Notes under the pieces: model-generated
The model's database searches: none
What the model was told of the DNA's origin: nothing
Seen by the model: the letters and a program-made list of their open reading frames with translations, nothing else
NCBI RefSeq assembly: GCF_000009965.1
Contig: NC_006624.1
Location: forward strand, 1,440,001-1,472,000
Direction: 5' to 3'
Origin: Thermococcus kodakarensis KOD1
Lineage (GTDB): Archaea; Methanobacteriota_B; Thermococci; Thermococcales; Thermococcaceae
DNA: 32,000 bases
Translations under genes and position numbers: made by a program
Shown here: positions 22,920 to 32,000 of the stretch, in pieces
Position numbering within the stretch: position 1 is the stretch's first letter
Layout of the letters: each line of letters opens with the position of its first letter

Positions 22920-24094
22920 CGGGATACCTCCCGATACTCTGCAAATCCCTCAGGATCGTCTGAGCCTGTTGCCTCCAAACTTGGGTATACATCATCAAAG
23001 TCGGGAAGGCCAGTGAGCAGTTCCTTCTTCTTTGTTTCGGCCTCGCTCTTTGCCTGCATGAAAGACCTTGCGTATTCCTTAGCCGTCCTGACGATGTTCT
23101 CAATGCTCTTGCTCTCGTATATTCCACTCAAGAGCGTGACGACCTCGACGTCCCTTTCCCGAGGATCCGGGTAGAACCCCCTGAATATCTGCTTGCCCCT
23201 TATTTTCGATGTGAGATAATCCAGTGCCTCAAAGATATCGCTGGCCTTCAAAACCTCTGGCGGTCCGTGGATGGCGACAAGACCGTAGAGGGCAGATTCA
23301 ATGTTCGCATCCAGGTAGAGCCCCTCGCTTTCAAAGGACTTGATGATGAGCCTGGAGAGGTTCTTTACCTTGGAAGCGTCTGCTTTGGCATAACCTACGG
23401 TTGCAAAGCTACCAAATGCCTTCAGAACGAACTTCAGGTCGCTCGCGTCGAGGGTCTGCTCACCGGGCACGTCCACGAGAGCAAGCAGGGAGGCTATTCT
23501 CTCGACAATGGTGTAGTTTATCTTCTCGTAGGCACTGCTTATATCGTCCCCGCTCTCCTTGAGCTTGTTGTTGTCAATGGCTATGATTGAGTCCGCTACC
23601 TTGGAGAGCTTGTCTATCGTTATAGCCGCGTTTATTGTTGGCCTTATCCCTTCCTCCTTTAGTGGGAGCGCCCCGATGGCAACGACGAGAGAGTCCGGGT
23701 ATTCCTCCTTGAGGGCCTCTGCCAAAACCGGAGTTCCCCCTGCACCAGTCCCGCCGCCGAAGCCGAAGGTAAGGAAAAAGATGTCCACGTCTTCGTAGCC
23801 AACGATGGAACCTATCTTCCTCATCACCAGCGGCAGGTCGCGCTTCATGGCCTCTCTTCCAAGCAGAGGGTTGGCATTAACTCCCTTGCCCCCAGTTATG
23901 CTCTCCCCTATGAGTATCCTCCTGTCGTGGGGAATGTGCTTGAGGTATTCCAGGTCTCCCCTGGATGTGTTCAGCGCGATTGTATCAAAGTCAACCAGCG
24001 CAAACAGATCAGCTATCTTCGTCCCGCACTGTCCAACTCCTATTATCAAGGCCCTCAAGACGTTATCACCCCTCGAAAAGTATTTTGACTTCAT
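22916..24094 (-). CDS. Operon gene 2: tubulin/FtsZ-superfamily GTPase (392 aa), divergent third paralog type (FtsZ3 / non-canonical CetZ-like)
   Basis: Nucleotide-binding loops IIGVGQCGTKIAD (nt ~24023-24034) and FGFGGGTGAGGTP (tubulin signature, nt ~23738-23758), then IAIDNNKL and an acidic C-terminal tail. Start uncertain: ATG 24094, or TTG 13 codons downstream preceded by GGTGA. Confidence 0.9.
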   Translation of the reverse strand: MKSKYFSRGDNVLRALIIGVGQCGTKIADLFALVDFDTIALNTSRGDLEYLKHIPHDRRILIGESITGGKGVNANPLLGREAMKRDLPLVMRKIGSIVGYEDVDIFFLTFGFGGGTGAGGTPVLAEALKEEYPDSLVVAIGALPLKEEGIRPTINAAITIDKLSKVADSIIAIDNNKLKESGDDISSAYEKINYTIVERIASLLALVDVPGEQTLDASDLKFVLKAFGSFATVGYAKADASKVKNLSRLIIKSFESEGLYLDANIESALYGLVAIHGPPEVLKASDIFEALDYLTSKIRGKQIFRGFYPDPRERDVEVVTLLSGIYESKSIENIVRTAKEYARSFMQAKSEAETKKKELLTGLPDFDDVYPSLEATGSDDPEGFAEYREVSR

Positions 24095-26303
24095 CAGGAG
24101 TTATTGCGCCGTCTCCATTGAGATCCTTAACGCTGAACACCACGTAGGCACCGTGCAGATACTTGATCATCGTTGGGTTAACGATCAGGTCAATTGCCGG
24201 GAGAACTTCCTTCTCGGCCAAGAGCACTAGAACATAACCGTCCTGGGTTCTTCCAGGGATTATGGCTACTAGATTCTCCTTTGAGTACTTTTGACCATTT
24301 ATCTCGACGTAGTTGCCCGCAACAGAGATATTGACATAGGGGTTGTAGACGCTTGTGTCAAAGCTACCGAATGGACCAACAAAGATGTGATTGCCCGTGA
24401 GTTCTCTGCCCATGTCGCCCTCTTTGAGGAGCGGTACGCCGCCAAAGGACTCAATTATTCCGCTGAGTTTCTCCGCCGCGGAGGCATAATCCGGGCTGTA
24501 ATGAATGTACCAAGTTCCGCTGCCCAGCTTGCTAACCACGGACGAGATAAGGACAGGCGGCAGGAAGCCCGACTCCATGGCAAACTTGAATGCCAAAGCC
24601 TTTTCTACTATCCTGTTGCTGTTCTTTATCCCCTGGAGCAACGTACTCGCCATATCAAAGTAGTTCAGGTCATATCCATGCTCTATGAGCAGTTCGAGCG
24701 CTCTAACAGTGTACTCAATCGACGGAGAAGCCGTTGAAACCTGGCCGAGGATGTTTACGCTCTTCTTATAGTGACCCCAAAAGCCATCCTCAAGCCTCTG
24801 AGCGAGGAGCCAGTCGAGGTGGGGCTTAAGTTTGGCCTCGTCCACCGTGTCTGAAAGAGCCTCAAGGACTAGCAGGGTAGTCGGTACGTCAGGGGTACTC
24901 ATGATGGTGAACGGAGTGAACGGATAGTTTATGAGCAGTCCCCAGCCGCCGTCAGTAAGGGAGAGCAGCCAGCTAGCGGGAGCATTAACCCCAGTAATGT
25001 TGAATGCCTTGAGTAAGTTTATTCCCATCGCCGTCTGGAGGGGCTGTGGTATTGAGAAGAACCCCCTCCAAGCGAACTCTGAGTACCTGTATTCGTTTAT
25101 GAAATCAATGACGGATTGCCTCTCCTCGGGAGGCATATCGGAATACCTGGCGAGGATTAAGGCAGTATAGTAAAAGTCCTGGGTGAGCATACCCTCTGTC
25201 TCAACCTCTTCCATAGCGGACTTCAGATGATTTTCTGCCCATGCCGTTGCCTTGTCAATTGCAACCTGAGGCTTGGGAGTGCAAAGGCTCAAAAATTCGA
25301 GGGCATAATAGGTTGGCTTGGCCCGGGAATCTTCTCCGGGGGTGTAACCCCAGCCACCATCAGGGTTTTGTAGCGAGAGAATTTCATCACACATCTGGGA
25401 AACTGTCGGATATTCCTCACTGGAGATGACGTCTGAGAGAGAAGCAAAGGCCATGACCGCAAAGGAGGTAGGAGTGACGGAATCCAGCTCAGGGAGAGGC
25501 CAAATTGGCTCGGTGAGGACGAAGGTCTCGTTATGGGAGCCGAGGCTCTCCAGTATCACCAGAGAACGTGGAAGTTCTGAGGTCATGTTTTCAGTATACA
25601 GCGTGAGAGCGTACGTGAGCATGGCCCTTTCAGTGGGTTTTAGCTCTCCTGAAAGCATGGCGTAGGCAGTTTCAATAAGAGCAGAAACGTTGGCGTAGCC
25701 GATATAGTGGTACGCAATAAGCTTAAGAGCGACCATCTTGGGGGATGTCTCATTAATGGACTCCAGATAAGAGACGGCCTTGGATACAGTCGAATCCTCA
25801 ATGGTGTATCCGTTTGCACCCAACCCCCATAGCGCGACAACCGTTAAGTAAGGCTCCGCAGGGGTTTTCGAACCGTATCCCCATCCCTGACCATTGAAGG
25901 AGTCTAAAAGGTATCTGACACCAGATTTAATTTCACCGGAAACGTCAATGGTCTTAAGGGGGAGATCTTTCACAGCCCCCAGGGCCGCCAGTGCGTATCC
26001 CGTGTCGAGGGGGTTACTGATTTCATTCGGGTAATAACCCCACCCACCATCGGAGTTTTGAGCGTTTTTAAGGTAATCAACAAGCTCCAGAATAGAGCTT
26101 TCAACCGTGGACTGATTCTCAACTTTTCCATAGAGCGAAGCCATGGCCATCAAGAGCAGAGACGAGTCCCTAACGTTATTGACGTAACCCTGGGCACTAG
26201 AAAGGTAGAGCACCGACTCGTCCAACATTGAGGCGCTTGCAACGGGGGCAGTAATAATCATCACAGTAAGGATTACAAGCAGCACCCTCGAATTTGCACA
26301 CAT
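24066..26303 (-). CDS. Operon gene 1: Sec-secreted alpha/alpha-toroid protein with prenyltransferase/terpenoid-cyclase-like repeats and a C-terminal DxNxDG calcium-loop motif
   Basis: ATG 26303 is preceded by GGTGGTGAAGG and gives MCANSRVLLVILTVMIITAPVASA|S (Sec-type, AxA site). Repeats: SDGGWGYYPNE, GQGWGYGSK, PDGGWGYTPGE, TDGGWGLL, EDGFWGHY. C-terminus KDLNGDGAITPDEV (nt 24090-24125). Confidence 0.85.
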   Translation of the reverse strand: MCANSRVLLVILTVMIITAPVASASMLDESVLYLSSAQGYVNNVRDSSLLLMAMASLYGKVENQSTVESSILELVDYLKNAQNSDGGWGYYPNEISNPLDTGYALAALGAVKDLPLKTIDVSGEIKSGVRYLLDSFNGQGWGYGSKTPAEPYLTVVALWGLGANGYTIEDSTVSKAVSYLESINETSPKMVALKLIAYHYIGYANVSALIETAYAMLSGELKPTERAMLTYALTLYTENMTSELPRSLVILESLGSHNETFVLTEPIWPLPELDSVTPTSFAVMAFASLSDVISSEEYPTVSQMCDEILSLQNPDGGWGYTPGEDSRAKPTYYALEFLSLCTPKPQVAIDKATAWAENHLKSAMEEVETEGMLTQDFYYTALILARYSDMPPEERQSVIDFINEYRYSEFAWRGFFSIPQPLQTAMGINLLKAFNITGVNAPASWLLSLTDGGWGLLINYPFTPFTIMSTPDVPTTLLVLEALSDTVDEAKLKPHLDWLLAQRLEDGFWGHYKKSVNILGQVSTASPSIEYTVRALELLIEHGYDLNYFDMASTLLQGIKNSNRIVEKALAFKFAMESGFLPPVLISSVVSKLGSGTWYIHYSPDYASAAEKLSGIIESFGGVPLLKEGDMGRELTGNHIFVGPFGSFDTSVYNPYVNISVAGNYVEINGQKYSKENLVAIIPGRTQDGYVLVLLAEKEVLPAIDLIVNPTMIKYLHGAYVVFSVKDLNGDGAITPDEVKILFEG

Positions 26304-26336
26304 ACCTTCACCACCTAAGGGAAACGTTGTCATGAG

Positions 26337-26347
26337 AATAAATAAAA
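26337..26347 (-). promoter_or_regulatory. TATA-like box TTTTATTTATT (minus strand): candidate promoter of the ten-gene operon
   Basis: Centred ~39 nt upstream of ATG 26303. The usual archaeal TATA-to-TSS spacing puts the TSS near 26317, downstream of the track's ATG 26333, which supports the shorter start. Confidence 0.5.
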
Positions 26348-26409
26348 GTTTCCCATAGAATTCCAGATTAACAATGGGAAATCAAAAGGAGAAATCAAAA
26401 CTCAATCAC

Positions 26410-27411
26410 TCAATCTTTAATGAACCTTCCGTTCAGACCTCGTCCCTGCGGATCAACGTCGTCCCTCATTATGAGGACGACCCTGCTCGGCTCGTACTCG
26501 TCCTCAATGTGGTAGCCAGGGAGGTGCTTTACCAGCTCCTCGGCGAAGGCCCTTATCTCCTCGTGCCTCGGCATGTTGTTTATCGTGAGCCTGTTCCTTG
26601 AGAAGCCCACGAACATGTAGGCCTTGGCCTCGACGAACATCGGGTTGGCGAGCCTTATGAGCTTGGCGTAGCCTTCTGGATTGTGCATGTTCTCCCCCTT
26701 GACGAGGGTCAGCCTTATCACAGTCCTCGTCTGGGCGTCGCTCATAAGCCTGAGGAACTCCTTTATCCTCTCCCAGCCGTCGGGGATCATGGGGACGTTG
26801 ACGCGGTTGTAGGTCTCAAGGTCTGGGGCGGTAAGCGAGACGTAGAGCTGGGTCGGGAGCTTATCTTCTCTCTTCATTTCCTCAAGCCTCTCGGGGAGGG
26901 TTCCGTTGGTGACTATGAATGTTGTGAAGCCCCTCTTGTGGAACTCCTCGACGAGATCACCCATATAGGGGTAAAGCATCGGCTCGCCAGAGAGGCTTAT
27001 GGCCGCGTGCTTCGGATTCCAGGCCTCCTCGAACTTCTCCTTTGGGACGTTAGGGTTGCCCTTGTAACCCACGAGGAGCTTCCTCTGAGCCTTTATGCTC
27101 TCCTCAACTATGAAAGCCGGATCATCCCAGGGCTGGGGAAGCTCGGTTCCCAGGAAGCCTTCCATCGGGCGCCAGCAAAAGATGCAGTTGTGGGTGCACC
27201 AGGCCAAAACGGGCGTCATCTGGAGGCAGCGGTGGCTCGCTATACCGTAGAACTTCTGCTTGTAGCAGAAGCGGCCCTTTGTAAGGCTCTCCTTGAGCCA
27301 GTGGCAGAGCTTGACGCCGCTGTGGTGGCCCACTATCGCGTAGTGCTGTTTTTTGAACAGCTCGGCTATCTCCTCGGGCATGTTGGGGGTTGATACGAAA
27401 GTTATCGCCAT
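26410..27411 (-). CDS. taw1: tRNA 4-demethylwyosine synthase (radical SAM, TYW1/Taw1)
   Basis: Radical-SAM cluster CTHNCIFCWRP plus upstream Cys residues (LCHW, CYKQ, HRCLQ). GEPMLYPY and FIVTNGT motifs. 333 aa from ATG 27411 (GGTGAGG upstream); the track starts at GTG 27420. Confidence 0.92.
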   Translation of the reverse strand: MAITFVSTPNMPEEIAELFKKQHYAIVGHHSGVKLCHWLKESLTKGRFCYKQKFYGIASHRCLQMTPVLAWCTHNCIFCWRPMEGFLGTELPQPWDDPAFIVEESIKAQRKLLVGYKGNPNVPKEKFEEAWNPKHAAISLSGEPMLYPYMGDLVEEFHKRGFTTFIVTNGTLPERLEEMKREDKLPTQLYVSLTAPDLETYNRVNVPMIPDGWERIKEFLRLMSDAQTRTVIRLTLVKGENMHNPEGYAKLIRLANPMFVEAKAYMFVGFSRNRLTINNMPRHEEIRAFAEELVKHLPGYHIEDEYEPSRVVLIMRDDVDPQGRGLNGRFIKD

Positions 27412-27454
27412 TAGCCTCACCTAATTCCTCTCTCTAGGTTCAACTCAGGGGAGG

Positions 27455-27464
27455 TTTTTAAAAA
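27455..27464 (-). promoter_or_regulatory. Palindromic TATA-like box TTTTTAAAAA upstream of taw1
   Basis: Read directly; ~49 nt upstream of ATG 27411. Confidence 0.4.
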
Positions 27465-27701
27465 TGTGATGGGTCAGAGGTGGCCAATTGAGAGATTAAT
27501 TTTTGCCCAATATTTTATCGTCGAAAAATACTTCGTCAATTTGCGAAAGGTTTAAAAGCAGTCCCTTCCTTCTTCCCCCATGTTCGAGAGAATAAAGCCA
27601 ACTGGAGAGCTGAAAGCAAGGGAGATTAAAATTGAGTTTTTCGAGGACGATGCCAGCGACGCCGAAAGGCCGAAGGTAAAACTCCTTCACGAGATAAAGC
27701 G

Positions 27702-28286
27702 CTACTCCTTGGCATAAGCGTTTATCAGCACGATGTCCTCAAAGAAGATGTGCCTCTTAGCAACAACCTCAGCGGTTAGTCCCGCTTTTTCCAGCCTTTT
27801 AAGAGTCTCTTCCACCCCCGTTATTGAACTCTGGACTATCTGAACCACTCCACCCGGCTTTAGGTAACAGGGAACCTCATCTATGAACCTGTCGAGGACT
27901 TCTCTGCCAGTTTCTCCACCAACCAGGGCAAGGTCTATCGGTTCTTCAGGTTCGCCGGGCAGATAGGGGGCGTTGAACGTTATAACGTCGAACTCACCCG
28001 AAACGTTCTCAAATAGGTCGCTGAGTCGGAATTCAACGTTGATTATACCGTTTATCCTCGCGTTTTCTCTGGCCAGTTCAACAGCTAGGGGATTAATATC
28101 AACCCCAAGGACCCAGCGGGCTTTCCTCGCCAGGAGGAGGGCGATTATTCCCGTTCCCGTGCCCATATCAAGGGCTATGTCCCCTACTTTGACGGCGAGG
28201 TTTTCAGCGAGCAGGAAGGTGTCCTCAGCGGGCTCGTACACCTGGGGATGAAGCTTTATCCTGAGGCCTTGATATTCTAGGAACAT
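27702..28286 (-). CDS. HemK-related class I SAM-dependent methyltransferase (archaeal Mtq2/PrmC-like)
   Basis: From ATG 28286: VYEPAEDTFLL, SAM motif I LDMGTGTGIIAL, motif IV FNAPYLPG (NAPY variant of NPPY). The track's 73-codon N-terminal extension overlaps the flavin reductase gene and is Ser/Thr/Arg-rich junk. Confidence 0.85.
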   Translation of the reverse strand: MFLEYQGLRIKLHPQVYEPAEDTFLLAENLAVKVGDIALDMGTGTGIIALLLARKARWVLGVDINPLAVELARENARINGIINVEFRLSDLFENVSGEFDVITFNAPYLPGEPEEPIDLALVGGETGREVLDRFIDEVPCYLKPGGVVQIVQSSITGVEETLKRLEKAGLTAEVVAKRHIFFEDIVLINAYAKE

Positions 28287-28308
28287 AGTGAAAAAAAGAA
28301 GGGAGAAG

Positions 28309-28845
<537 letters not shown>

Positions 28846-29075
28846 TTAGTTCATATCTGTTATACTCCTGCCTCAAACTTAAAACTTAATCTCACACATG
28901 CAGTCAAAATTATTCGGAAGTAATTTGAAATTATGAACAATTTTTGCCAAAGTTCAGGTCAGAATAATGAATTTTCTGGATTGATATTGACAATAGTCCC
29001 AAAAGAAAAACAAAAAGCTTATTAGATGTTCTTAAATGTATTTTGTTGCACACTTTAGAACGGAGGTGTCTATAG

Positions 29076-30344
<1,269 letters not shown>

Positions 30345-30354
30345 TTTAAAACAC

Positions 30355-30367
30355 TTTTTACCCTTTT
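30355..30367 (+). terminator. Oligo-T tracts (TTTTT 30355-30359, TTTT 30364-30367) after the subtilisin stop
   Basis: Archaeal terminators are oligo-T runs. The complementary strand of 30380-30419 is likewise T-rich downstream of the convergent NAPRTase gene. Confidence 0.5.
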
Positions 30368-30419
30368 CTCCATTTACTTTCCTTCCAAAAAGAGATAAAG
30401 AAAACAAGAAAGAAGACGC

Positions 30420-31592
30420 TCAATCAATGCTCAAGTTGAGCTTCTTCGCCTGCTCCAGCACGTACTCTCTTATCTCCTTCGCCTTTGGAAGCTCCGCCAC
30501 TATCTTGCCGTTCTCTATGAGCGGCTTGAGGAGCGGCTCGACCTTTGCACCGCAGACGGGACATTTCTCAAGCTTCTTCTCCACGGGAACGCGGTGGTAG
30601 TGGCCGTTCTCGCAGCGGTAGATCTGCTTCCTGCCGCTGAGCTTGCCGCGCTTCGTTATCGGCTTTCCTTCGACTTCCACGATATCAAGGGAGAAGTCAA
30701 CCGGCTTAGCGCTCGCTATTGCACTGCCCACACCAAAGGCATCGGCCACATCCGCCAGCTCCTTCAGGCTTTCCTCGTTCAGTCCTCCGCTGAGGAATAT
30801 TTTGACGTGGTTGTACCCCCTTAAATCTAGCTCCCAGCGAACCTCCTCGACGATCTTTCTGAAGTTGCCGCGTCTAGAGCTGGGTGTGTCAAGTCTTACT
30901 GCGTTGAGCCTATCTCCAAGGGCCTCTGCCGCCATTAAGGCCTCAAACTTCTCGTCGCATAGGGTATCCACAAGTGCCGTCCTCGGGACTTCGGGGGGCA
31001 TAACCTCGTCGTAGTACTTCCAGGCCTTCACCTGGTCGCCGATTGTTAAGATCAGCGCATGGGGCATCGTGCCAACGGGCTTTTCGCCTATCATCTCAGC
31101 TCCTAGGACACCTGAGACGCCATCACAGCCACCAATGAATGCGGAGCGGTCTATCATTGGAGCTATCGCCGGGTGCATGTGCCTTATCCCGAAGGAGTAG
31201 ACGGGCTTAAACTTGGCAGCTATCTTGATCCTGAGGGCGGCGGTGGCTATGCCGCTCGCTTGACTGAGCATGCCGAGCAAAGCCGTCTCGTAGATGCCAA
31301 ACTCGTCGTAGTAGCCCTCTATCTGCAGAACCGGTTCGTAGGGGTGGAATATCGTTCCTTCAGGCATCGCATAGACGTTCACAGGGAGCCCCTCGAGGAG
31401 CTTCGCAACCTCTTCTATCCCCGCTAAAACACCCCACTTCCAGCCGTGAGGAAGGCTTGTGGTGCCCACGTCTGCGAAGACCCTCTTCTTTATCCCTTTC
31501 TCACGGAGGATTTTTTGGGTGCGGATGAAGTAGACGTCGGTCGTTTTGCCCGCCTTTATATCATCCTCATGGGCAATGTAGAAGTCGCGCAT
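30420..31592 (-). CDS. pncB: Nicotinate phosphoribosyltransferase (archaeal type, with C-terminal zinc-knuckle extension)
   Basis: DVYFIRT N-terminus, GTMPHALIL and RLDTPSSRRG phosphoribosyltransferase motifs, C-terminal CENGH...CPVCG. ATG 31592 is preceded by AAGGTGA; the track starts at GTG 31601. Confidence 0.9.
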   Translation of the reverse strand: MRDFYIAHEDDIKAGKTTDVYFIRTQKILREKGIKKRVFADVGTTSLPHGWKWGVLAGIEEVAKLLEGLPVNVYAMPEGTIFHPYEPVLQIEGYYDEFGIYETALLGMLSQASGIATAALRIKIAAKFKPVYSFGIRHMHPAIAPMIDRSAFIGGCDGVSGVLGAEMIGEKPVGTMPHALILTIGDQVKAWKYYDEVMPPEVPRTALVDTLCDEKFEALMAAEALGDRLNAVRLDTPSSRRGNFRKIVEEVRWELDLRGYNHVKIFLSGGLNEESLKELADVADAFGVGSAIASAKPVDFSLDIVEVEGKPITKRGKLSGRKQIYRCENGHYHRVPVEKKLEKCPVCGAKVEPLLKPLIENGKIVAELPKAKEIREYVLEQAKKLNLSID

Positions 31593-31692
31593 GGTTCTCA
31601 CCTTGGAAAATAGTTAAGCCCCTCAATATAAGGGTTTTTGGTCTCCACAGACCTTATGAGGGACGAGTTCGTAATAACCCGTGGGGATTCCT

Positions 31693-32000
31693 ATGAGAGA
31701 TCCTATCTCCAAACTCGTATCCCTCACTGGAAAGAGGGCCCTTATCACGGGAGCGGCCTCTGGGATAGGGAAGGCAACAGCACTCCGCTTCGCCGAGGCA
31801 GGGGCTGCACTTGAGCTGGTTGACATAGACGAGCTGGGCCTCAAAGGCGTCAAGAAGGAGGCCGAAGAGTTCGGCGTCGAGGTGAATACCCACCGCGTTG
31901 ACATCTCGCGTAAGGTCGAGATCGATGCCCTCTGGAAGGCCCTTGAGGGGAGAGAACCCAACATCCTCGTCAACAACGCGGGCGTCTACTGGTTCAAGGA
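31693..32000 (+). CDS. Short-chain dehydrogenase/reductase (SDR), 5' part; runs off the right edge
   Basis: Absent from the track because no stop lies in the window. My translation from ATG 31693: [46 protein letters not shown]...[12 protein letters not shown], with TGxxxGIG Rossmann and NNAG motifs. Confidence 0.85.
   Translation, partial: MRDPISKLVSLTGKRALITGAASGIGKATALRFAEAGAALELVDIDELGLKGVKKEAEEFGVEVNTHRVDISRKVEIDALWKALEGREPNILVNNAGVYWFK

Noticed and set aside
27421-27701. Possible box C/D sRNA (GTGATGG...TCAGA near 27466-27478)
   Set aside because: The C box is imperfect, there are no correctly spaced C'/D' and D boxes, and there is no terminal stem. The resemblance is within chance.

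Overview
This is a Thermococcales chromosomal window. Several proteins match ones I remember from Thermococcus kodakarensis KOD1: prepro-Tk-subtilisin (29076-30344, triad D139/H177/S348), the type I L-asparaginase (11173-12159) and proteasome alpha at the left edge. It is therefore that genome or a very close relative; this is recognition from memory, not a database hit. I count about 40 protein genes and saw no rRNA, tRNA, CRISPR array or transposase. Most genes are ordinary: psmA, HIT hydrolase, MazG-like, iorA, nicotinamidase, hotdog thioesterase, PadR+MFS, asparaginase, MarC, TYW1/Taw1, HemK-like methylase, flavin reductase-like, subtilisin, NAPRTase and an SDR. Two regions stand out. (1) A ~12.6 kb, ten-gene, minus-strand, translationally coupled operon (13720-26303). 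It encodes a Sec-secreted alpha/alpha-toroid protein, a tubulin/FtsZ-superfamily GTPase with tubulin-like GQCG and GGGTGAG loops, a 2-TM protein, six consecutive proteins whose re-annotated N-termini all read M-R-R-G / RGQ plus a hydrophobic helix, and a 4-TM protein. That N-terminal pattern is the class III (prepilin-type) signal peptide; two of these proteins are giants of ~830-860 aa and one carries a 20-residue-period beta-solenoid. No assembly ATPase, platform protein or prepilin peptidase lies in the window. (2) A self-promoted vapBC cassette sits exactly at the stop codon of an orphan iorA and is followed by a diverged relic copy of the iorA 3' end. Coordinates of hand-located motifs may be off by 1-2 nt.
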